Below are positions 12,450 through 29,163 of a stretch of 64,000 bases of DNA, piece by piece (within the stretch, counting starts at the first letter, position 1; each line of letters starts with the position of its first letter). Location: assembly GCA_030704615.1 (NCBI GenBank), contig CM060734.1, positions 55,738,001 through 55,802,000 on the forward strand, given 5' to 3'. Made by a program: the position numbers and the translations under genes. Source of the DNA: Takakia lepidozioides (lineage: Eukaryota; Plantae; Bryophyta). The notes under the pieces were generated by a model, which was given only the letters and a program-made list of their open reading frames with translations, was not told the DNA's origin and did no database searches.

Positions 12450-13791
12450 TCACCAGTAATCCCCACAAGAACAAACCCCATATTGGGCAGTTGGTGTCCC
12501 CTACAACAACTGCTCGCTCAACCATCTTCGAGATGAGGTCAGGTGGCAGTCACCATATATATACTCAAAGGTTCTTACGATATGGATGGGTGTAGGGGGC
12601 ATGCTAATGAAACCAAAAGCCATGGCCAGCTTGTCACTGTGGTAACAAAGGTAAGTCTCCTTTTGCTCCTATTTGTAGATGCAATTTATCTTCTACACCA
12701 AATGTATGGACCAGGTTGTTGATCTCAATCAAGCTACATCCTGGCTCCTTGCTCACACCTATCTCCTCCATCGTTTTTCCTCATCTTTGCTTTATCTTAC
12801 TACCTGCCAGCCGCAGCATAGACGTTGGATAGCAGCACATAAGTTAGGGAGTGCTGTGGATCCCACTGGAGAAGGCACTTTGCTGCACGTTCTACTAGAT
12901 CCACATTGCCATAAATTCGGGAGGGACCAAGCAAGGCCCACATGGTGCTTGGTCCCCCCAGACCCATCGTCTGGTTTCATGGGGATTTTATTAATGCAGT
13001 CTTGTTCCTCGCCCAATCGCCCTCCACGGGCAAGGAGGTCAACCATACAGCCAACATGGACCTTGTCAGGAATCACCCCTTCGCTGATCATCTGCCCATA
13101 ATATTTTCAAAGACTTCTCACCCACACCCAAGCTTGGCATAACCTGCTATCATCATAGTCCATGTAAGCAAATCTCGTTCAGGCATTTTCTCAAACACTG
13201 GATGTGCATTCACCATGCTCCCACACTTGTCGTACATCTTGACAAGTGTATTTCTTAGAAAAATGTTAGGCCTGAGTCCGCTTTGGATAATATGGGCGTG
13301 CACCTGCTTTCCCTTTGCTGCATAATTCGTTTTGATGCACTCCTGTGAGACAAAGACGTGCATACTGGTGTCTGCCAGAATGCATACATGGTTCAAAATC
13401 TGCAGAACCTCTTGGACTCCTCCAGCCTTCTGCAGTGTCCATGGGAAACCACAAGTGCCAAAAGAGTTCCGTTAGCTGCCTCTGTTGGTCCCCTTTCAAC
13501 ACCCCTGGTGATGGTGGAGATGCTTTTCCTGCGCCATTCTGATGTCCACCAAACCACTGTGTCTGGTTCAACCCTGGTGTCCTGCATGAAAGAACGATCC
13601 AAACATGTAAACCTCGTCAGCTTCCCACTGCCCAATTCTCTGTTGAGGGGTGTAGTTCTGACACGGAGATAGTTATTATCTTCCAATCGACATGTCACTG
13701 AGAAATGCAAAATGGACTTTCTCTACGTTCCTCTGGTTGGAAAAAACCGCAGTTCCAGGACAATTATGGGTGTCCGCTGATATAGGGTCAT
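12450..13791 (-). pseudogene. PLS-E-DYW PPR RNA-editing factor pseudogene with large internal deletion
   Basis: Candidate ATG at 13791. Motifs: QECIK..GKQVHAHIIQSG..NTLVKMYDKCGS..VFEKMPERDLLTWTMMIAGYAK, HVGCMVDLLARGG, YVLLSNVYAAAG, PG box KEPGCSLIEI, CYHSDKLA, terminal GVCSCGDYW*. Many frameshifts. Confidence 0.88.
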
Positions 13792-13823
13792 TGGAATGTG
13801 TGTCACAAATTCGATCGTTCAAC

Positions 13824-13974
13824 ATCTACATCAAGGATTGAGCTCAAAATGCTTGCACCTCTTGCGAATTGAAGCCACATCATTAACAAGCACTCTCATA
13901 ATGACGGGAATTCTGGTGGTATCTACATATCAAGGATTGAGCTCCAATTTCTTGCACCTCTTGGCAATTGAAGC
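13824..13974. repeat. Imperfect direct repeat, two ~52-bp copies
   Basis: atctac(at)atcaaggattgagctc..cttgcacctcttg..aattgaagc at 13824-13875 and 13921-13974. Confidence 0.85.
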
Positions 13975-14518
13975 TAGATTCCGTGGTGTACGAAACAGGT
14001 TCTTTCATAACCCTCACCTTGACAAAATTCTGGTGGGATATCCCTAAGACAGGGTACCCACACGGATTATGGCCGCGGAAAACATAGATACCCATATCTC
14101 AGTGAAAATATTAAAAGACTACAGTCAACGAAATCATATTGGACTCGATTAAAATAAGCAGACGAATCTGGCAACGGCTTCTGAACAGTAATCCATTAGC
14201 TTCAATCTACCTCTAGATTTCATACCAGATTCTTCTCCTAACCCATGCCAAGGGCGCGGTGGTTCTTGCATGTCTGGACAGACCGCAGTTAAGTAGGGTA
14301 GGAAGCTCCACACGAGGAAGAGCGAGAAGAGCGAGGACTCAGGAGAGAGGAGATGGTTCCTAACGGATATACTCACCGTTACCCAGCCCTCGGTCTCAAG
14401 AATCCACGCCGTTACCGTATAACCTCTGTTAACCAGCCCAACCTGTTGTCGAGAAACAGCGACCGGCAGTCACCAGTCGCTTGCAAGTTCGGGCGGCCGG
14501 TCGATGCGTCAGTTTTAC

Positions 14519-14803
14519 ACACGTGCGTAATAGAGCAAGTACACTTTACTTTCCTGTTCGACTGACTTACTGCACGTACTAGTGCGCTGATTTGTTCACT
14601 CCCTGTCAGCACACGTATCGCTACCCTCCGTCAACTGACGTCACCGCACCTGACGTCCGTTACCCTGCTGCCCAAGCAACGTCAGTCCGGTGCCCGCGAA
14701 TCCGTCGCTCTCGTTGACTTGGATGGTCACACACACCCCGAACGAATGTCGTGCCTCCAAGTGGATGGATGAAGCGCGCTCTGAGGGCGGTTCATGCACG
14801 TGA
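14519..14803. promoter_or_regulatory. bZIP-site cluster upstream of the GRAS gene (four TGACG cores, G-boxes)
   Basis: CGTCA at 14629, palindromic TGACGTCA at 14636-14643, TGACGT at 14651, ACGTCA at 14679. CACGTG at 14520 and ~14797. Confidence 0.55.
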
Positions 14804-15242
14804 CTTTCTGCCCAAGCATCCTAGGGTGTCATGGATGAAGCAGCAGGATGGATGGATGGGTGGATGGACGCGGCAGGACACCGCGGCCGGCGTTGAGCTG
14901 GAGATTCTTTCCCCTGTCGCGTGGGTTTCTATTGGGCGCCCGACCGGGCCGGTCCTCGGGCAAAGTCGGCCGTCTGTATCCACTTCGTATACCGACGATA
15001 AGTTTATCCGGTGTACAGTACGGGGCGCATTGTTTAACCCGCGGATATATGTAGCAGACAGAGAGAGGGAGGTGCGAGGGAGACGACAGACAGACAAGGA
15101 GAGCACGAGAGCGATGACGAGAGAGGAGGTGCGAAGAGGAGGAGGGGGAGGTTGATGGACGGAGAGGGACACGAGCTTGCAGGAAGAGGCAGGCGGAGGG
15201 GTCTCGTGGCAGGGTTTGGAGGCAGGGAGAGTAGGGGACGAG

Positions 15243-18200
15243 ATGTTCGCAGGGGGGTTTATGGGAGTGGGGACTAATAAGGCAGAGATGCGAGGAAGCA
15301 AGCATGGCAAGGCGGGAGAAGGCGGCGGCGAAGCCGCGCCTGTTCCGCCCCTGGCCTCGTCTCTGGCCTCGCAGCTTCAGCAGGCGTGGCTGCACACGCA
15401 GTTGGCGAAGGATCCGAAGCGCAGTTCTCTTTCTGACAAATCATCTTCACATTCGGTCTCGGCATCCCCATCGCGTGGTACTTTACCTGTAAGCGGGAGC
15501 CTCTCACCTGTTTCTGGTCAGAGACGGCCGTTAATCTCTTCGGGTTTTGATGCTAGTGGTGTTAGCAAGGAGGGCCTCTCAGCGATTTCTGGTCAGAGAC
15601 GGCCGTTGATCTCTTCGGGTTTTGATGCTAGTGGTGTTAGCACGGAGGCAATCGGGAGCTTCTCACCTGTTTCTGGTCAGAGACGGCCGTTGATCTCTTC
15701 GGGTTTTGATGCTAGTGGTGTTAGCACGGAGGCAATCGGGAGCTTCTCACCTGTTTCTGGTCAGAGACGGCCGTTGATCTCTTCGGGTTTTGATGCTAGT
15801 GGTGTTAGCACGGAGGCAATCGGGAGCTTCTCACCTGTTTCTGGTCAGAGACGGCCGTTAATCTCTTCCGGTTTTGATGCTAGTGGTGTTAGCACGGAGG
15901 TAATCGGGAGCTTCTCAGCGATTTCTGGTCAGAGACGGCCGTTAATCTCTTCGGGTCTTGATGCTAGTGCTGTTAGCACGGAGGCAATCGGGAGCTTCTC
16001 ACCTGTTTCTGGTCAGAGACGGCCGTTAATCTCTTCAGGTTTTGATTCTAGTGGTGTTAGCACGGAGGTAATCGGGAGCTTCTCACCTGTTTCTGGTCAG
16101 AGACGGCCGTTAATCTCTTCAGGTTTTGATGCTAGTGGTGTTAGCACGGAGGCAATCGGGAGCTTCTCACCTGTTTCTGGTCAGAGACGGCCGTTATCTT
16201 CGGGTTTTGATGTTAGTGGTGGTAGCACGGAGGCAATCGGGAGCTTCTCAGCGGTTCCTGGTCAGAGACGGCCGTTAATCTCTTTGGGTTTTGATGCTAG
16301 TGGTGTTAGCACGGAGGTAATCCGGAGCCTCTCAGAGATTTCTGGTCAGAGACGGCCGTTAATCTCTTCGGTTTTTGATGCTAGTGGTGTTAGCACGGAG
16401 GTGCAGTCATCGGGACCTTCTGTGGGAACTCTGTCTCCGGGACCTTTTTCACCCCCAGCATCAGGGTTAGCAGGTAAACTGAAAGGCACTGCTGAGGTGC
16501 GATCTCTTTCTTCAAAGTATGTTAATAACTCGACTACACCGTCCTTCGCCCTGACTTCGGAGCGGTCGTTGTCTCTCCCCTCCTCTATTAGATTTGTCGA
16601 CAGTGGCGCGCAGCAGGATCTTTCATCCTCCCTCGACATTCCAGCTACTCCTCCTGGTTCTTCTTCAGATCTCGACCATGGAGAGGCCGAAGCTGTCCTG
16701 TCGTTTTTAAACGATTTACTTATGGATGAAGATTTGGAGGACAAGAAATGCATGTTTATGGAGTGTAGTGCTTTCCAAGCTATGGAGAACGAGCTCGCCA
16801 ACCTCATCAAGGAACCCCCAACTGGTTCCTCAAATAGCAGTGGAAGTAGTAACAAAGAGTCTCTGAGGGATGGATCAGATTCCACAGATTCTGTAGACAG
16901 CTGGGTGAACTCCATCATCAGTGGTCCTCAACCATCAGAGTTTATCGAGCGTGCTACAGATGATCTGATATACGAGTACTCTTATGCTCTCATGAATGAA
17001 TGTTTGTCGGCGCCCCTGACAGCTGTGTCTGTTAGCAGCAACCTGGGTATGAATGTTGCATACTCACCGAGAGGGGGCATGGAGCCTAATGTCGCTTTCT
17101 CATTGCCCGGGGGGGGAGCCCAGGTCCTAGGGAGCATGGACAATGGCTGGCATCTTCCACAGCTAGGAGGGAGAGTGAAGAAACACATTTCCTTGTCAGA
17201 GTTTTGTGTTGAGAATGGGACTGGAGCTAAGGCCCCTCCAGTTGATTTGCCCGACCTGCTGCTCAGGTAAAGCCTACCGTCGCGAGGTTATGGAATTTTA
17301 CAGTGTGCTGTCAAACTAAGCTACAAGGTGGTGCAGAAGTTCAATTGTCTGGACTATTAACTCATGTATTTTGCAGGACGCGAAAGACATTTAGACTGCA
17401 TGGTAGTGTGTTTTGGAATGAATGAGGATATGAGCTGTTGGCCTCTTTTTATTGATTTTCTTACCATCAGGGGTGCTCAGGAACAAGTTACACAATTGAT
17501 TCATGCTTCAGTTTAACTGTATCTCTTTCTTACCAGCCTTACTGTGCAATCCTGCTCTCAGGTGTGCGCAGGCCGTTGGGCAAAATGATGTGAGGCAAGC
17601 CAATGAGCTGATTGCCGAGCTTAGGCAGCATTCGGGGCCTTATGGAAATGGCCCACAGCGCATGGCTCATTATTTTGTGGAAGCTCTGGTTAGTGTCCCC
17701 ATGATGTTATTATTGTTGGCTTGCTCTCTTTTGTCCCATCCTACTACTGGGGTTTGCTGCCAACAATGATGAAGGTGGTGTTTTTATGCTTTTGTTGCAC
17801 TACACACGATCCTTTCATTCCAAAGGTCATGGGGCTCTCAATAAACTTCAGCCATAGAATTTTGGTTTCTACTCCTGCCTCTGAGTGATGCCTATTGCGA
17901 AAGCAGATTTTAAGGTAACATTATAATATTGAATGTGAGGGGGGATGCCTCCACCCCAGGGGGGCATTCACTGGCGGGAGCCCAAGGGCAGTGCTGACTG
18001 CCCATAGGCGGGGGCATTTCCCAACGTGGCATCCTTTTTCCCCTCCGGTGCGTGCAACTTGCAGGCATCAGAAGATTCAATTCTGTGGCATTCACGCCTT
18101 GGAGGCATGGTCAAATACAAAGGGAAAAAACCATAGCGTGTCACGTCTTCAGAATAGTGGATGGAAGCTCTTTAAAGAATGGCGGCCTTCAGAAGTTGGG

Positions 18201-19876
18201 GTTCCATGAATCATTTCTTATCTCTAGTGCTGCAAAGAAAAACTGACTTTAAGAATGTGGATTTTGTAGCAGGAAAGGACCTGAAAATCCTTTTTGGCAA
18301 AGCTCCTATAAAATACTGAATATTTGATTTCGAAGGCTCTGAACGACGGTAGGATCCAAGCTCCAGTTGTCTCAACTCACCATATTGTTAGGTTGCTCTC
18401 CCTCTGCCCACTTCACAATTATGTTTTGGATTGGCAGGTGGCGAAAATGTCTGGAATAGGAGGAGAACTCTACACTGCTCTCTCTAACAACCGGCCTTCA
18501 GCAGCTGAAATGTTGAAGGCATTTCGGCTTTTTGTTGATCAATGCCCCTTCGTCAAAATTGGCCATATATTTTGTGCCAAGGCCATTAAGGAAGCATTCA
18601 AGGGTGCTACTCGTGTGCATGTGATTGACTATGGTATATTGTATGGTGTCCAATGGCCTTGCCTCATACAGTCCCTTGCAATGCGCCCTGAGGGGCCACC
18701 TCACCTTCGAATTACAGGTACTTTCCGACAGTGCTCAGAGCTACCATTTCCTTATTTCTCTGCTGTGTCCATGCTGTGGGGTCATTTTGACAATCTTAAG
18801 CTACCTGACATCCTCCCTTCCATACGCCATCTAGTCCAGGAAAAGAAGTGGGGTGGGGCCAGCTCTGGCCTAAGGGTTACGTCACAGTCGAATGTATATA
18901 CTCTTTGGAGCTGTACAGATGTTAGTTTGAAGTTTCCTTATTAAGATGACTTTCATGACTAAGGTGAAAGTCATTTTGACACCAGACAATAGGTGCATAG
19001 TTTTTACGGAATTGTAGAGATTTCCAATGTTGTACCAACACCCAATTTCGAATTACAGGGATCGATCATCCGCAGCCTGGATTGAAACCTTCAGGAAGAG
19101 TTCAGGAAACTGGTCGCAGACTGGAAGAGTTTGCCAAGTTGTGGGGTGTTCCCTTCGAGTACCATGCCTTGGCTGATAAGTGGGAGACCATCACTCCTGC
19201 CCAGCTGGGCTTGAGACATGATGAAGTTCTGGCGGTTAGTTGTGCTTTCAGACTGCGCCACCTTCTGGATGAAACGGTGATGGCTGCAAGCCCTCGTAAA
19301 ATAGTGCTGAGTCGGATTCGAAGCATGAATCCCAAGGTAAATTCTGTGGCATGATGTTTTGCTCAGCTTTTGGCTCTTAATTTTTCCTAATTGGTGCTTT
19401 CATTAAGGTGCATGGTTGACATATATTGAGGTTGCTGCAACATGCAGGTATTTGTGCAAGGAGTGGTGAATGGGGGCTACAATGCGCCGTTCTTCATGTC
19501 TCGTTTCCGTGAGTCCCTTAAGTATTACACAGCCTTATTTGATGCGATGGAATCAACAATGCCTGCTGAACATCCTAATAGAGTACTACTGGAGCAAGAG
19601 ATTTATGGCCGTGAGATCCTGAACATAGTTGCTTGCGAGGGGATGGAAAGAGTTGAGCGCGCAGAGCCTTACCGGCAATGGCAGTCACGCACTGCGCGAG
19701 CTGGCTTTACTCAAAAGCGGATGAACTTAAATATGATGGCCAGAGTGAGGGGCATGATGGGTAGCTATCATAGGGACTTCGGCATAGGTGAAGATGGAGG
19801 CTGGTTTCTCTTGGGATGGAAAAATCAGGTTCTAAATGCTCTAACCATATGGGAACCAACCCCTGGAATATGCTAG
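15243..19876 (+). CDS. GRAS transcription regulator, LISCL (SCL9/SCL14-like) subfamily, 5 exons
   Basis: Exons ~15243-17266, 17562-17688, 18438-18717, 19059-19336, 19448-19876. LISCL acidic motif VLSFLNDLLMDEDLEDK; LRCAQAV; VHVIDYGILYGVQWPCL; PPHLRITG; NAPFFMSRFRE; ERAEPYRQWQ; LLGWK..W. The start could be 15243, 15261 or 15288. Confidence 0.93.
15496..16401 (+). repeat. Coding tandem repeat: 11 copies of an 84-bp (28-aa) unit
   Basis: The core ggtcagagacggccg occurs at 15516, 15591, 15675, 15759, 15843, 15927, 16011, 16095, 16179, 16260 and 16344. Unit: SGQRRPLISSGFDASGVSTEAIGSFSPV. Confidence 0.97.
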
Positions 19877-20824
19877 CTCTTCGCATACCTGTGCTTTGGT
19901 CTCCCTGTATCACATTGCGTCCTGACTTGTGCCCATTTATTTAGCACTGAAGAGAGTATGTACAGTATGAGTTTGAGCTCTTGCATCCACTGAAGTTGAG
20001 GTGAGGGGTTGAGGGAAAGACGTGCAGTTGTCAATTTTGCACACCAAATTGTTCCTGGGTTATGATAGGATGTACCTATTAGCTGCACGTGAATAAAGAG
20101 AAAAAATGTCTGCGAGAAATTTGGAAAAACCTCATAGCAGTGAACAAAACTCTAACAAAGCTTAATCTTAAGCCACCAAAAGAACTACTTTTAAAGAAGC
20201 AGCTAAAAGTTGTGTTGCAGACAGTATGAAAGTGCTAGACTTGCAAAGCTAAATATTAGCAAGTTTTGACAGCACCATCCGGAGCTTTCTTTGAAAGTTC
20301 TGAAGGTCTGTATGTTCCTTGATTGCTGTGTTATACCCTGTGAACAGCTTAGAAATTAATTGATCAGTTCTGTGATTAGAGACAATCTGTGTTCACAGAT
20401 ATACACCATGCTCACTCTGAGTAGAAGTCTACATTCCATGTATTTTGATCAAGACACATTAGCAATTTTCTAACTTGAATTGAGGGTGAAGTTATCAAGA
20501 AATGGTATCACACAGACCCCAACTTATCAGTCACTCTCAAAGAGATAGCTACTGGCATGCATGGCATACAGTTCACAGGGAAGATGCTACCATGGTAAGT
20601 CCGTGGGTGCCACCTTACGAGAATCCAACCTTTTGACTGCCAAATAGGGGCAATTATTAAGAGGTCAGAGACAAGCAAACAGTCTGAGGATCCATATACA
20701 CCACCAAGCCTGCTGCCATGGTCAATATGCTTTCCGAAGGTAATGGATATAGAAGACTCCCAAGAGCTTCAATTACATTTGTGTGTCAAAATAGGAGATG
20801 AGGTTTATTCACATCCTAGTGAAG

Positions 20825-25003
<4,179 letters not shown>

Positions 25004-26522
25004 TGTTCTCGGCGATCACCAACTCTCGGCGTACAGGAATGACCCACTTAGAGAAGGGTGCAATCGTACTTCCCTCTCGTTATTATAGCGATGGTTAACC
25101 ACGCTAGGTGTGCTTAGCTTATCCACGCGCAGGCGGTCGGTGTGATCAGCTGACATGAGGGCTGATCCTTCGCCCTCCACCTCCGAAGACGCCGCCATGT
25201 GGGATGGGCATCTACGTGGACGTCCTCGCATGCTGTGTACCATGTGCACCATCGACCTTTCCCGTAGATCCTTCGCCTTTTTCTCTTCCCCTGAAGTTGT
25301 TGCTCGTGCCATGAAATTCCAACATTCTTGCTTGTTGTTTCCTTCGCGCGGCAGCAATCTAGGGACTTCATATTTCGGCCTTCCACAAATGAATGGAGGA
25401 AATTGTGTCTGGACTTACCTGTGGACGACAGGGATGTGGCTTTTAGCAGGCAGCCCATTCTTGGCAACAAGAACATCATGGCACTTGCAAGATTACGGAA
25501 TCCTTGACTTCACTGAAAAGTTATTGCGAGGAAAGTTCACTGGGATCTTGTGTAGCGTAAAGTATGGGGGTCTGGGATGAGAGAGGCGCCATGGCCCATG
25601 AGATGCGTGCGGCAGAATATGGGCCCCACCGTGCTTGCTTGTCACGACAAGCTCGGCAACCGCCACCGTTCTGGGCCCTCATTTCAGTCACGATCACATT
25701 CAGTTGCTTCAAAACTTGCTGCGAGAAAGCTCTGAGAGCATTTTAGATCTGGAAATGAAAGCAACAACTGTAGCTTCTTTGGTTCCAGACAGCTCCATGG
25801 AAATCGGGTTATGTCTGCACTGGGAACAGGATATGTATTGTGGTCCACTGCATTTTCTCATGCTTTGCGGTAAAGAGTGGTGTGACGGACAGTGCTGATG
25901 GTCATCATAGCATCTGTGAAGTTAGTTGACAGTATTGCCCCCTGAAGCGTCTTATGATGAGGGGGAATTCTAATTCCACACAAGCCAAGCATGTGCTCCA
26001 ATACCAACCCACAGAATACAAGTTTTGAAGGCCTGTTGCTTACTGTCAGTTCCTGGTGCTTACTCATTTCAGATCACCACTCATAAGTTGGTATAATTCC
26101 AGCAACTCTTTCAGAGCAACCTCATCCAAAATCTACAGGCAGAGTTTTGTGCATTCTGGTGTCAGAGTCACAGTGCTGAGTTCTGTTTGTGGGATGTGGT
26201 TTGGCAGATGGGGTCACACTATAAACATCTAAGAGGAACTTGCCAACTGCCAGACGTTACTATGAGTATCAGAGTTGAATCTTGTCCAAAGCAAAAGACT
26301 ATTTTCAAGAAAAGACTGCCAATGCTATCCTGATGAAGTTAAAGAGAAGCATCAACATGAGATAAAAAGAGTGGAGCCATGAGAGTGTCCAATATGTTAT
26401 CTCAAATGGGAATAGTGATAATACTTACAGCTAGCTTTTGAAAGTACTTCAAGGCTCATCCTTTGTCCAAAGGATAAACTACCAGAGCCAAACCAATTAA
26501 TGCAAAACAAAAAAGGGACCTC

Positions 26523-29163
26523 TCAGGTGCCCACATAAGGACCCTGAGTTGCAACGGGAGCACCATGTGAAAACCGCCATTGATTGCATGCTTCACAGTT
26601 ATCCAACAATTCAAAGTTTTCTAGTGTGCAGAATTTACACGTCCATGTCTTCAACTTTGGCGTTACATCAATGTCCGCTACTCTCATGGATGCACATGCT
26701 GCACAAACCAGCGCCAGTGACTGCACCACCACAAGGGGAAAAACAACTTAAAAGGTGCTGGTCGGATCCAGGATATCAAAATTAGAGTGCTCCTCTCATA
26801 TGATCATGGTAGAGGTATATACTTGGCAGTCTATGGCACTTCAGACACACCCAAACACCCTCCTTCCCCCTCCCAAGAAAAACAAACCATGAGGTGAAGC
26901 CCTGACTGTGGTTGTCATTTTGTCACAGCTCTCCAGGCATAGACAGACACAGAAGAAAATTACATCCACAAAAGGCTTGAAGGCAATATAAGTTCAAAAC
27001 AAGAGAGAAGAGCCACCTTATCCAGCCATACTCACCATGTTCCCGCCAAACAGTTCATTGAACTAAAACAGAAATCCAGCTTTATCTCTGGGAAAGGGGT
27101 TGAGGAGAATAATACGTACCGGATTCAATAGTGTGCACCTACTGCAAGCCCACTTAGCAGCTTCCGATGTGCTAGCACTGTCACCTTCAACTCCCCTGCT
27201 CCTACCATGCAGACCTCCACTGCTCTCCGCCCATGACAGTTCTGGAGCTCTGGCCTGAGCAGGAACTCTTGCCCTGTTCTCCGCTGAGGCTAGAACTGCA
27301 GATTGTATGGGACCTACTCCATTCTCATGCCTCACGAATGTGCCACCCACATTTCCCACCCCTTTGCCAGAAGCTCTTCCATCAGGAAGATCTTGACCAT
27401 TGATTGCCTGTTGGAAATTTTCTTTACTGTCCCCATTTGAAGGGTCCCAGCCACCTGCTGATTTTCGATCTGACAACTGAGGCCCTGTCACTTCTTCCCT
27501 CTCTCTTGCCTTTTCAATCCCATTGCCACCAATTGTGGTTGGAGCTGCACACCAGAGGTCATCTCTTAGTCTTCTCTCAGCAGCCATAGCTGCCGCCTGC
27601 AAAGGACTCAATGCCCTCATGATCTCGCTGTCCCCACCCAATACATGGGGACCACCTGGCATCAACCCCCTTGCAACTGCTCTTTTCTCAGCAGCTGCAG
27701 CTGCCGCACGGCGAAGATTCGTGGGGGGAGGGTTGTGGAAGTAGCCACCCAATCGTTTACCCTGGCCATCAAACCCTTGACCACTTCCAGTGATGCCTTT
27801 AGCCATCAACTCCTCACACTCCTGCAAAGGATCATAATAATTAGCTCTCACTGATGTCACTGGAAAGTAGTGTCGTAATGTCCTTGCCTTGTGTCTGCTC
27901 AAGCTCAGAGACTGGGATTCCGACCTAGCAGGTTTCTTCATGCCTTCTGTTTTGAGTTTCATCTCTGGCACCCAGTATTAGCCATGCTTCCAGAATCCTC
28001 AGAGTCCCACATACCTCACTCACTCCATAGACTGGGTCTAGCAGCATTACAGCTGCACTACAGCTGGCAGATTGGACAGCTAACTTAACCATCACCAGGA
28101 AAGGAAATCCAGAAGTTAAGACAAAACCTTTGTAATGGTATCAAGAAGCTTGTAGAAACTGGCATCATGAGGGCCATGCGCATTGTGGGTAAGCTCATGC
28201 AGCAGTGTACCCAGCACATCCTCATATGGGTAGAACTCTGACTCATGGCCATGCCGCCGCAATCTGACCCGAACCTCTCGGCCGCCATCTATATTCAGCC
28301 CGAGCAGTGATGGATTTCTTGGACTGCAAGTTACTCATACAATCTTCAATCAGCCCCAGTAACATCGATAACATCACTTGAACAGCAAACATGGATGCCA
28401 ATTGTAGATAGACAAAGCAGACTACACAGTCCATCCAACTGGACCCTGCAACATAAAACCTCCATCACCCAGTATTCAACACTATCCATGGTTGACATTC
28501 TAAATTCTTTGAAACCTAGAGAAAAACATAAAGCCTCCCAAGACGAAAGGAAAACTCCACCCCACGCTGGACAATCTTGGTAATAAACCCCCACCCATAA
28601 AACACCTGGCTCTAATTTACTAAGGATGTTTGTTTCCTTTGTACTTGAGGGTTGGCCAAAATCACAATTCCTAAGCTCCAGGCAATTGATTTCACTTGTT
28701 ATGTTCATATGAATGTGGCACTTGTAATTGAAGATGGTGGTTTCCATTGTACCTCAGGATTGGCCAGAACCTCCAGGAAATCAAACTTCACTTGTTATGC
28801 AAAGAGATAACTTTGTGTGCAAGGCAGCGCGTAGGCATGGCAACTGAAAAGAAAAGAAGGAACTAACAATTTCGGAGGGTGGCAAAGGCCTAACAAGACT
28901 GGGTCACGTAAGGACAACGCAGCAACGTTCCAAACGAGAGATGAACAAAGTAACACGTATGAGGGCCGGGGGAGAGAGAGAGTGTGACATGACCAGAATT
29001 CAGAGAGGAGCTGGACACGCCACTTGCGCTTACGCATGATGGGCTGCACCTGCTTAGCCGCCATCTCCAGCATCTTGCGGGCTTCCGCATCCCTCTCTTT
29101 GCCCAGTGTTTTGATCTCCCATACCTTGCTCAAATCACCCCCCTCTATGGACGCTATCGGCAT
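26523..29163 (-). CDS. WSS1: WSS1-like DNA-dependent metalloprotease (WLM domain + two RanBP2-type zinc fingers), 4 exons
   Basis: KVWEIKTL..QVQPIMRKRKWRV..LSEF; exon ~28324-28128 reads PRNPSLLGLN..LLHELTHNAHGPHDASFYKLLD (HExxH); ECEELMAKGITGSGQGFD; WACSRCTLLN; WTCKFCTLEN..CEAC. Confidence 0.93.

Noticed and set aside
9560-13791. In-frame stops repaired by U-to-C RNA editing
   Set aside because: Such editing is organellar. This is nuclear DNA, and the relics also carry frameshifts and deletions.
15496-16401. Regularly spaced repeats as a CRISPR array
   Set aside because: There are no unique spacers; the units are contiguous, in frame and inside a eukaryotic CDS.
16346-16918. 190-aa minus-strand ORF
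   Set aside because: Antisense mirror of GRAS exon 1.
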